NCBI GenBank assembly: GCA_009695205.1
Contig: SIBK01000002.1
Location: 6,153 to 70,152, forward strand
From: Pedosphaera sp.
GTDB lineage: Bacteria; Verrucomicrobiota; Verrucomicrobiia; Limisphaerales; UBA9464
Reading direction: 5' to 3'
DNA: 64,000 nt
Shown here: positions 17,823-26,897 of the stretch, piece after piece
How the letters are laid out: the number at the start of each line of letters is the position of its first letter
Position numbering within the stretch: the first letter of the stretch is position 1
The notes under the pieces: generated by a model
What the model was told of the DNA's origin: nothing
Database searches by the model: none
Seen by the model: only the letters and a program-made list of their open reading frames with translations
Translations under genes and position numbers: made by a program

Positions 17823-18194
17823 GTTTCCAAGGACGAAGACAAGAAGCACGAGACCGACTGGGTGATCGTCGCCGATATCAACCGGATTGATAGCTAGTTC
17901 AAGCGTGGCGGTGGCGGAATTGCGTTTCAGAACAAGGAGTTGGCACGGAGCCTGCACAGCATCATACAGATGATTCCACCGCCCGAGGATGAAGTTGTGA
18001 TTGAAGCGAACGCGAAGAAGGCGGAAGCGGCCCGTAAGGCGAAAGCGGACGCCAAGAAGTCTGGGACGGGGCCGGCTACGAAGGCGAAAAAATCTGCGCC
18101 TGGGCCTATGTCTGGCAGCAAAACCAGCGGAGTCAAGAAAACAGCCGTTGGAGCACGAACGGCTGTGGGTCAGCCAGGTAAGACAGCCCGATGA
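17823..18194 (+). pseudogene. Unidentified gene remnant ending in a Lys/Ala-rich tail (tentative)
   Basis: A single frame reads VSKDEDKKHETDWVIVADINRIDS[TAG 17895-17897]FKRGGGGIAFQNKELARSLHSIIQMIPPPEDEVVIEANAKKAEAARKAKADAKKSGTGPATKAKKSAPG... It has no credible start, begins at the IS boundary and carries an in-frame amber codon. Confidence 0.3.
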
Positions 18195-18288
18195 ACCTTC
18201 CGTTCTATCACATCAATAGCCTTTGAAGAAGATTCAGATTCCGGCTCGCCCTGAGGCCGGCTGAATCGAACATCGCTGGGGCCAACTC

Positions 18289-19136
18289 CTACCAAGTGAC
18301 CGTCAAGAATAGTGGCTGTGCGGGACTCGGCGGCGGCGGGGAATTCTTTACGTAAGTTGTCAATGTGTATTTGTTGCCTGCCGTGACCGGAAAGGTAGCG
18401 GTGAATGGCTGGCACGCCACCTGAGTTATACTTTTGACGGCGACCACTCGGCATTCGTAGGCGGCGATGTGAAACCGGACCCATCAGTGATCGTGCAACT
18501 CGTGGATCCCGCCGGAGCAGTCCAGGTCAAGAGGCCAGTGCTCGGGTCCCTGAAACTCGCATACGCCGTGTAAGGGCCGGGATATACCCCTGACGTCCCA
18601 TTCCCGAAGCGTGGAGGAGCGCTAACGGTCACGGATGAGACGACCCCGGCGGCGATCGATTTTTTATTCACCTGCACTTCCGCAAAACGCGAGCATACCT
18701 GGAGGTCGCCGCAGACCGCAATGCACTGGTAGAAACCAGTCGATGCAAAAGTGACATGGTCCACCTTTAGAGTAGTGCTGGTCTCGCCCGGCAAAAATGT
18801 AGACCCCTGAAACCATTGATATTGGATCGGATTACCGCAGTCGGGGAACTTCGCAACAGCTTTCAGTTCGAGTTTCTTAGTGAGCTCGATGGAGTAATCG
18901 ATTGGTGGCTCCGAAAAATAGGGTGTGCTGGGCGCCTCCGGCCCGGACGGACACAAAACGCTGATCACCGAATACGACATTGAGCTCTGAGTAGGCCCAC
19001 TTTGCCGATCTTATTCCATGGCTGAGTGATGTCGCGTTTGGTTTCGACCGAGACCGTCTGCCTACACCCGCCTCCCGCGATTGCAAGCAACACGAGGGCG
19101 ACGAATGAAAAGGCAGGGGAGGTGTTGAGTTTTCAT
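18289..19136 (-). pseudogene. Lipoprotein with Ig-like domains, frameshifted remnant
   Basis: The ATG at 19136 is followed, after a 1-nt shift at an A4 run (19130-19133), by a lipoprotein signal FSFVALVLLAIAGGGC. The 184-aa ORF (18980-18426) has an Ig-type motif (STGFYQCIAV). A third frame continues with RFHIAAYECRVVAVKSITQVACQPFTATFPVTAGNKYTLTTYVKN, up to the TAG at 18289-18291. Confidence 0.5.
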
Positions 19137-19373
19137 GTGAGTCTTTCTAGCGACTCCTACTACTAAGCTGGCTAACAGTTTCGACCGATTTATCCCGCAC
19201 GACTTGATGATGTAATGCGTAATCCCCATATTTCCGACTTCTTACCACGGCTAATTCATCTGGAATTAGGCAGGAGGCAATGCGACTGCGAGCGCTGACG
19301 GAATCTAAAGAAAGCAATGGGGTCAGATCTATCCATTGGACCTATTGGAAACGACACATGGAATTTGAGGAGG

Positions 19374-22300
19374 TCAGCTTTTCACGCGGCCTGCGTGGGA
19401 AGACAGGGTGAAGGAAACGCATCCGCGCTTACTGTTCCGCGCCCACCAGCGCAAATGGAGCCCAGTAGCGCGGGTGTGAATAGCGAGGGTTGGCGCGGAG
19501 TTCCCGCATCGCAGTCCGCAGGGCGTGGGCTTTGTCGACCCTTCCACCAGATAGAGGCGATAAAATGCCTGCATCACCGTGATGGTGGCATCGTCGTCGA
19601 TGCTCCATTGACTCACGAGAACCGACCGGGCTCCGGCAATTAAGAACGCCCGACTCAAGCCGATAAGCCCGTCGCCAACGATCTTGCCGAGTCCTGTCTG
19701 ACACGCACTCAACGTCACGAGATCCGCCCGGAGCGGCAGGGTGAGCACGCGTCGAGCGGATAGGCGATCACCACATGAGGACGGGGCCAACAAAACGAAT
19801 GATTCCAAAGGGTCGTCCGCACGTGTGATTCCGTGCGTGGCCAAGTGAAAAATGCTGTAATGCGGAGCGTTTGTAACCACGGTCGCCAGGTCGGCAGATT
19901 TTCCAAGGAGCAGGGTGTGGTTGCTGGGCGAGAAGAACCGGTACACGATTTCAGCCTCCTTCTCAGCCCCTGGGAGCGGGTCAAAGCCAAAGCGGAATCG
20001 ATCGTTGTCGTTTGGACGCACTGCCGCAGGGATCGGATTGGCGATGATGAGGGCATTCCGGACCTTCTTTCTTGATGGGACATCCTCCGAGCGGACTTTC
20101 TCGAGCAGCGCTGCCGACGGCGCGTACAGTAGAGCGGCGCGGTCCGCGAGGCATTGGCCATCCTCCGCGATCAGAGCTGCGAATGGGAGCAACCAGAGGG
20201 CGCCATGAGGTTCGAGAGCCAGCAATGCTCCATCGCGGGGCAGCGCGTGATCCAGCGGTGCGATCAATAGCCGGTGGAGTCTCCGAAGCAAATCCTCGGG
20301 TGATTTTGCGCCGTCGGGTCCTGGCGCCGTTGACGCAGAGGGCTCCCGGCGCACACCGCGTGCCGCCCGGTCGACGTCAAGCGCGGCGCGGAGTTCCGCG
20401 ACGTCGTGCTCAATCTGAGGGCGCGAAATTTGAGCTACATGGCCCGTCACGGAGCCATCCGTAGAGATCGCGAACACGGCGGTCCGATCGGGAAGCCCAT
20501 AAAACACCAGACGCGCCACCGGAGGTGGAATCGATCGCGATCGCGCCGCGCCATCCGCAACCGGAACGATTGTTCCCCGCGGAACGGCAGCCGCGTTGGG
20601 GAAAGCAGGAGCGTTGGGGGGCAGCAAGAGCAGAGGCCCTTGACCAACGGGGGTTCCCGGAGCGGTCTGGCTCGGATCGAGCGTTGCGGCGGTCCGCCCC
20701 TTTGGGAACGTTGCGCCCTCGAGGCCACGGGGTGGCCAGCAACTCACTAACCCGAGCGCTTCCTCGGATGGACGCGCGTTTCGTCCCCAGCCCTGCATGA
20801 TATCCTTCAACGCCCGCCCACGCGCGTCCTCCGCCACCCCGAGCGGCGTGATCGAGATGCACCTCGATCAGCTGATCCACCACGTCCTGAGTTGTCTGGA
20901 GAAATGCAACTTTTCCCTCATCGGTACGCAAGTCGCGCTGTCGTGAGCCGATATAAACCAGACTTTGTTCGAGCGCCTCCGCCGCTTGCGCAAGCTTCCC
21001 GACGCGCTTGTGACACTGCCCAAGGCCCCAATAAACCAACCAGAGCGCCTCATGATCGTTTGCCCTTTTGCACAGTTCCAGCGCGCGCTCAAAGGATCTC
21101 CTGGCGCTCGGCACATCCCCGAGTTCCAGATCCAGACGCCCGAGCCCTGCGTACGCGCGACCTTCACCGAGCGCATCGTCGGCGCGTGCGGAAAGCACAA
21201 GGGCTTCGACATACAGGCTTCGCGCCTCGGTGGTGTGACCCCGGTCGCGTCGGATTCCGGCAAGCAGGGTCAGAGCACGGCGCTTCTCGAGCGGGTCGGC
21301 GTGCTGCTCCAAAAGCACGATGGCCTGAGCGAGCACGGGCTCCGCCGCGGCCGCATTGCCGGTTCGCCTCAGGATTTCACCGCTGTTCGCGAGCGCGTAC
21401 GCCTTGAGTTTGGGAGCCCGCTCGATCTCGGGGCGCGCCAAGGCCTGTTGATAGGCGTTCAGCGCCGGTCCGTCCTGCGGCTGGCGTAGGTAGGCATTAC
21501 CGATTTGTATCAGGATTCTTACCGCGAGGGCGGCATCCGCCTCGGCGGCCGCGAGCTCGCGCTCGGTTGCAGCGTCATAAACATCGGCCGGGGCGGAGCG
21601 TTCGCTCGGGATGAAGTCCTTGCGCACCGCGGCCAATTGGTTGAGCACCTCGCTCAAATTAAGGCGAGAGTCGCGCGCCAGCGCCCGGAAGCCGGACTCA
21701 TACGCGAGAACCGCATCCTGCACCCGGTTGTCCGCCTGCAAGACCTGGCCGAGACCGCTGCACAATACGGCCGTCAGTCGCGGCCGGTTCAGAGATCGTG
21801 CCTTTTCGATCGCCTGCTGCCGCGCGATGATCGACTCCCGAACCCGCCTAGCCGCCTCAGCCGCGGACGCGGAATGTTCGAGGGCCACGAACAACTCGGC
21901 ATCCTTGCCCTCCAGCTCCAGTGGCGTCGCGGAGACTCGCGGCACCGTTCCATCCCCGTCGAACGTTTCGCCGGGAAAGGTGGTGGAGAGCTCCACTTTG
22001 CCGTTCACGAGCCGTGCGGCCTGGAGCGTTGGTTGGTAGGTTCCAACTACGGGATGGAGGGTGTACCGATTTCTGAGGTACGCGTCATCGCGCTGGTGCG
22101 TTTCCACTCCGGCGTCGATCTCATGATGAAACGCGAGCGCGTTCTTCGCTTTCTCCGGATCAACATGGGGAATGCCCCGGGTTTCACCCACGCGCAACAA
22201 CTTGCCGTCGCCGGCGTCGTAGCACGGGTAACGTGGCAGCAACTGATAGACGGAAGTGAACGAGCGCAGGAGCTGGGAGAGGTCGACCAAATCGAGCGAA

Positions 22301-22964
22301 CCGACGCCGGCTGGGCAGCCATTGCTGAGAAAATTGAGAGCGTTCGGCGCACTGCGATACGGCGTGCCGAAGGTGATCAGCCTGTGCGTATCGCGCCAGC
22401 CGTCGAGGCACTCGATGAAGTAGCGCGACAGCAGCCCACCCATCGAGTGCGCCAACAACACGAGTTTCGCATCTGGGTTGCCCGAGCGGGCACGCCAGAG
22501 CTTGAGCCAAACCCGGTTCAGACGCGCCAGGCGCCGGGCGGCGACGCGATTGTCTCGCCGCCAATCGTAGGGAAACTCGAAGAAGTTCACACCGGCCTCG
22601 ACCTCGAACTCGCGCACGATATGGTTTCGAATCTTGCTGTAACCGTCGATCTTCCACAACCCGGGGAGTAGATGAACATCGTCGAACAGGCGGTCCGCAG
22701 TGATGCCATCGCCCGGGTCATCGACGTCGAAAGGATCCCGCGTCAGCTTGAGCGCTTCAAGGCTATGTCCCAGGGTTCTGAGAGCGCCCACACATCCCGG
22801 TCAGCCTTGCGCAAAACACTGCCACCGATGCCGGGAAGCAGTACGATAACGTCCTTCATGGGCTTGCGCGCGTCCGCGCGCGATGCGAGCGGCGTGAGAG
22901 CCAGCCCCGCGGTGATGCCGCCTGCGGCTGCCAGAAAACACCTCCGGTTTAGACTTATCTTCAT
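19374..22964 (-). pseudogene. Tat-signal / LCAT-like alpha-beta-hydrolase lipase / TPR array / CHAT protease gene, interrupted by two frameshifts
   Basis: Frame 1 (22964-22743): MKISLNRRCFLAAAGGITAGLALTPLASRADA...VIVLLPGIGGSV. Frame 2 (22791-20410): LLAHSMGGL, FDGDGTVPRVSA, then TPR-like repeats. Frame 3 (20837-19374): FHLATHGI...LVTLSACQTGLG...SVLVSQWSIDD (CHAT). The joins fall at G runs near 22787-22790 and 20837-20840. Confidence 0.75.
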
Positions 22965-23162
22965 AGGGTTCGATGGGCTCGAGTTCGTAACGGCGGCGGA
23001 AGGACGAAGGAAGAGGAGGGGGGAGACTCACATTGGCTCGTGATGAATCTGCTGATGCGCTGCGGCGATGAAGCGTTTGAAGCGCGGTTTCTTCACAAAG
23101 CCTTTGTGGCCAATATGTCAGATGGATAGACCGGACCCCATTGCCTCCCGGGCTGCCGAATT

Positions 23163-24098
23163 CTATCGCCTGCCCATTTTTTCACGGGCTGCTTCGAGTA
23201 TTTTTCGCTCGCGGTCGGTGAGGCTTTGGAGGCCGTGAGCGGCGATCTTTTCGAGGATAGGATCAACCTCGCGGGCAATAAAATCAGCCTCCGAGTGTTC
23301 GATCTGAGTGGGTGCTGGGGAGGTGGTCCAGCGAACCCCGGCGAGTGTTACAGCGGGGACGGGAGGCGAAGGTTTCAACTGGCCGCGTGAGTTTTCACCC
23401 GGAAGTACCCGCAAGTCGGGTCTTCTAAATTTTTCGCGAAGCCAAGTCCAAGGAGTTGCGGCGAATTCGTGGTGCCAGCCGAACTTCACCCATGCAATTC
23501 CAGCGAGGAGCCCCCCGAGGTGGGCACCATCCGCGACACCCATGTTGCGAGGAGACGGAACCAATATAAAGAACAGCGAGATCCCCAGCAGGATCCACAG
23601 AAACGTGATCGCCCGCATGGGAAAGATAAAATTCAGCCGGATAACAGTGTCCCGCTCCAGGAGGGCGAAGATGGCAATCAAACCGGCGACCCCAGCGGAG
23701 GCGCCGACTACCGCTGAGCCGTAAACCGTCGGAAACGCCTGCATCAGGGCTCCTTGAAATAACCCGCCGACCAGTCCGCACCCAAAGAACGCCACGAGCA
23801 TGCGCGTGGCGCCCATCACATTTTCCGCGTAACGGCCTACCCACCAGAAGGTAAGGACATTGCACAGGATGTGGATGAGGTTGCCGTGGAGAACTTGGAA
23901 AGAAATCAGCTGCCAGTACCAGTGGCGACGCAATCCGTAGTCCGTGAGGGCGAAGAGCGATTGTGCATCGGAGTGCACGTAGGCGTCGTCAATGCACTGA
24001 AGGGCGAAAACGGCAGCGAGGCCAATCGTTAGAACGGCCGTTGCGGTGATCGGAGGGCGGTAACCCGGCTCCCTCATGTATGGGCGGTCTGCCAGCAT
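23163..24098 (-). CDS. Rhomboid-family intramembrane serine protease with cytoplasmic C-terminal extension
   Basis: HGNLIHILCNVLTFWWVG, GASAGVAGLI (catalytic Ser), GAHLGGLLAG (catalytic His). The C-terminal tail is ...FIAREVDPILEKIAAHGLQSLTDRERKILEAA. I chose the ATG at 24098 to avoid a 47-nt overlap with the upstream gene. Confidence 0.8.
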   Translation of the reverse strand: MLADRPYMREPGYRPPITATAVLTIGLAAVFALQCIDDAYVHSDAQSLFALTDYGLRRHWYWQLISFQVLHGNLIHILCNVLTFWWVGRYAENVMGATRMLVAFFGCGLVGGLFQGALMQAFPTVYGSAVVGASAGVAGLIAIFALLERDTVIRLNFIFPMRAITFLWILLGISLFFILVPSPRNMGVADGAHLGGLLAGIAWVKFGWHHEFAATPWTWLREKFRRPDLRVLPGENSRGQLKPSPPVPAVTLAGVRWTTSPAPTQIEHSEADFIAREVDPILEKIAAHGLQSLTDRERKILEAAREKMGRR

Positions 24099-24180
24099 CG
24101 GGGAGTAACCTATCAGGAATTCTCGGAATTCAAAACCATCCTCGTGTGAGCGGAGTAGAATTAATGAGTACGCATGAGTT

Positions 24181-24870
24181 TCAGGCTCGGTTGACGGGAT
24201 TGCTGGGAGGGACGCTCGGGTCGTCACCGATTTCGAGCAGTTGCTGGGGTTTCAGCCAGTTTACGCACCAGAGACCGCCAACCAACCCCCCTAGGTGGGC
24301 GAGATGTGCCACGTTTCCCAGCGGAAAAATCACGCCGCCAATGCTGATCAATCCCGCTGCCAGCAGGAGGTACTTTGCCTTCAGTGTCACCGGGATAACG
24401 AAAAGGATGCGCGCCTGGATCCGATCCTCGGCGTATATCGCACCGAGCGCAGCGAGCAAACCGCAGAGGCCTGCCGATGCTCCGACAACCGGGTGGCCAA
24501 AGTATTTCTGGGACAAGGCGCCACCCAGGAGTTGGACCAGTCCGCCGAGGGCTCCGCTGACAAGGTAAAGAACCAGAAAGCGCCACCGTCCGAGCGTCGT
24601 CTCGAGAACAGGGCCGATTGAATCAAGGAACAAGATGTTCAAAATCAGGTGCGCGAATCCACCGTGCAGAAACTGGTAGGTGAGAAACTGCCACCAAGCT
24701 CCCGCTCGAACTCCCGCCAAACTCAACGCGAATTGCCGGCCGAATTCGTACTCCGCGCCTGGCGCAAGCCGGGCTTCATGGATGTAGACCATGAGGTTGA
24801 GCGCCACGAGGGCAAACGTGGCACTCCGCTGGATTGTCACCATTTCAGGCAGTGGGGCGGCGTCCGCCAT
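24181..24870 (-). CDS. Rhomboid-family intramembrane serine protease (short form)
   Basis: WWQFLTYQFLHGGFAHLILNILFL, GASAGLCGLLAA, AHLAHLGGLVGG. Confidence 0.8.
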   Translation of the reverse strand: MADAAPLPEMVTIQRSATFALVALNLMVYIHEARLAPGAEYEFGRQFALSLAGVRAGAWWQFLTYQFLHGGFAHLILNILFLDSIGPVLETTLGRWRFLVLYLVSGALGGLVQLLGGALSQKYFGHPVVGASAGLCGLLAALGAIYAEDRIQARILFVIPVTLKAKYLLLAAGLISIGGVIFPLGNVAHLAHLGGLVGGLWCVNWLKPQQLLEIGDDPSVPPSNPVNRA

Positions 24871-24961
24871 GCGCCGAGATTACCCCCCCCGCCGCCGAGC
24901 GCCAGCGTATCCATCGAGTCGGTTCGGCCGGATGGGTCCGCTTTAACCACCGAGTTTGGAG

Positions 24962-26692
24962 TCAGCCGAGGTTACCGATCTCGCCACGGACGTGCTCTAC
25001 CAGGGGGCCGAGTGTCTCGCGTGAGAAATCAAAACGGCAGCCCGCCCGCAAGAACAACTCTGGAAGCGGCCGGGAACCCCCCAACGCGAGGCCCGCTTTG
25101 TAGTCGCTCAAAGCCTTGCTGGGATCCTTCCGGAAATTAGCCCAGACCTGCAGCGCTCCCATCTGGGCAATGCCATACTCCACATAATAAAACGGGTAGA
25201 GAAAGATGTGCAGCTGCTTATGCCAAAGGTGGGTTCGTGTCGATTCGCAGCCGGACCAGTCGGTGTTTCCCCCAAAACGGTCGAAAATTCGGTTCCATGC
25301 TCCCGCACGTTCGGAACGGCTGTGGCCCGGATGAGTATATACCCAATGCTGAAATGCATCGACAGTGGCAATCCAGGGAAACCCCTCGAGGATGCCTTCG
25401 AGATGACCCCGGCGGGCCCGTGCGCTATCGGTCGCCGAGTAAAAAACATCGAGGTGGTCGTCCGCCAGAAGTTCCATGGCCATGGAGGCGACTTCGCAGA
25501 ACTCAATGGGCGCACTGCGGTAGGCGAAAAGATCTTCATCCCGCGTGGCGAGCGCGTGGAACGCGTGACCCGCTTCGTGCAAAATAGTCTCAATGTCCCG
25601 TCGCACACCGACGGCATTCATGAAGATGAACGGCATGCGCGCTTCGGCGAGGGTGGTTTGGTATCCTCCCGGCGCCTTCCCCTTGCGGTTTGCGAGATCG
25701 AGGAGCCGCAGGTGACGCAGGATTCCGAACTGCCCCCCCAGGTCCGTATCGAGTCGATCGAACAGTGTCTGAGTCATCGTTTCCATTTGGGAAACATCGC
25801 TGAAGGGGCGAAGCGGCGGACGGTTCAGGGGATCCACAGCGAGATCCCACGGTCGGAGCCGTTCGATCTTCAACCGTCGCGCCCGTTCGGCCTGGAGATG
25901 ACGGACAACGGGCATCACTTCCGTCTCGATCGACTGGTGAAACTGTTCGCAATCCCCCGGCGTGTAGTCAAACCGCCCTTTCGAACGAAACGAATAGTCG
26001 CGGTAGTTAGTGAATCCAGCATTGAGAGCAATTTGATGACGCAGTTTCACGAGCTGATCGAACAAATCTTCGAAGCGATCCTGCTCTCGTAAGCGGCATT
26101 CCGCGACGAGGCGCCACGCTTCCTCCCGAATTGCACGGTCGGTTTCCTCCTGATATCGGCTCATCGCCACCAGCGTCTTTTCCTCGCCGCGATAAGAAAC
26201 GGTCAAAGATCCTGACAACTTGTTGTAGTCATTTCCGATCCGTGCGTCCTGGGTTTCGAGGGCGATGTTTTCCTCGCGGAACAGTTCCACTCGAAGGGCT
26301 GTTTCACGGTGGAAGACTTCATACCGGTGGCGCGGAAGCTGGTTGCAGAGCGGATGTTCAAGATACCGCCGGGCAAGTTCAAACTGTCTCGGTTTCAGGC
26401 GAGGTTCAATTTCCTCCACAAAGTGAAGATATGCCTTCTCGGCGTCCGGGTTGTCCGTGTGGCATGTCATTGCGATGTGACGTTTCGCCCCTTCTTCCTC
26501 CGCCGCAGCGGAGAGTTCCCCCCAATCGAGAATCCATTGTTCGAACTGCTGCACGGTGCGCGCCTCTCCGGCCCGCGCGTCCAGACAATCGAACAAAGGA
26601 GCCAGTTGCGACCACTCACCAAGATCGGTCTCTGCAGGGATTAGATTTCGGGCGCGGTATGGCGGTAGATTTTTAAATGGCAGCAGCGACAT
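24962..26692 (-). CDS. pepF: M3B oligoendopeptidase F family metallopeptidase
   Basis: Zinc motif TILHEAGHAFH; size and collinearity are typical of PepF. Confidence 0.85.
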   Translation of the reverse strand: MSLLPFKNLPPYRARNLIPAETDLGEWSQLAPLFDCLDARAGEARTVQQFEQWILDWGELSAAAEEEGAKRHIAMTCHTDNPDAEKAYLHFVEEIEPRLKPRQFELARRYLEHPLCNQLPRHRYEVFHRETALRVELFREENIALETQDARIGNDYNKLSGSLTVSYRGEEKTLVAMSRYQEETDRAIREEAWRLVAECRLREQDRFEDLFDQLVKLRHQIALNAGFTNYRDYSFRSKGRFDYTPGDCEQFHQSIETEVMPVVRHLQAERARRLKIERLRPWDLAVDPLNRPPLRPFSDVSQMETMTQTLFDRLDTDLGGQFGILRHLRLLDLANRKGKAPGGYQTTLAEARMPFIFMNAVGVRRDIETILHEAGHAFHALATRDEDLFAYRSAPIEFCEVASMAMELLADDHLDVFYSATDSARARRGHLEGILEGFPWIATVDAFQHWVYTHPGHSRSERAGAWNRIFDRFGGNTDWSGCESTRTHLWHKQLHIFLYPFYYVEYGIAQMGALQVWANFRKDPSKALSDYKAGLALGGSRPLPELFLRAGCRFDFSRETLGPLVEHVRGEIGNLG

Positions 26693-26897
26693 CCGGTGGA
26701 CGATGGCGGCGAGTCAGGCTGCATCCAAGCCACATTTTGCTCGTTCTCATTCCACCTCATTTGCGTAAACGTGAGTTCTGAAGAACATGAAATGCAAGGT
26801 GGCGGTGCGCGGGGGGTGACGCCCGGGGGCACGGCTCCGCGACGTCAATTGTCCGGGAATGCCTGACATCCGGCTCGGTTTATGCTACCACTTTCAG

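Noticed and set aside
21505-22671. Long ORFs antisense to real genes (388 aa here; also 25208-26092, 33366-34121, 43816-44895, 49317-49976, 59258-59986)
   Set aside because: These are shadow ORFs typical of high-GC DNA. Their translations are Arg/Pro/Gly-rich, have no motifs, and lie fully inside well-supported genes on the other strand.
23094-23108. Perfect palindrome CACAAAG-C-CTTTGTG
   Set aside because: A 7-bp inverted repeat with a fixed 1-nt spacer is expected about 4 times by chance in 64 kb. The 1-nt loop cannot form a hairpin, and I noticed no second copy.
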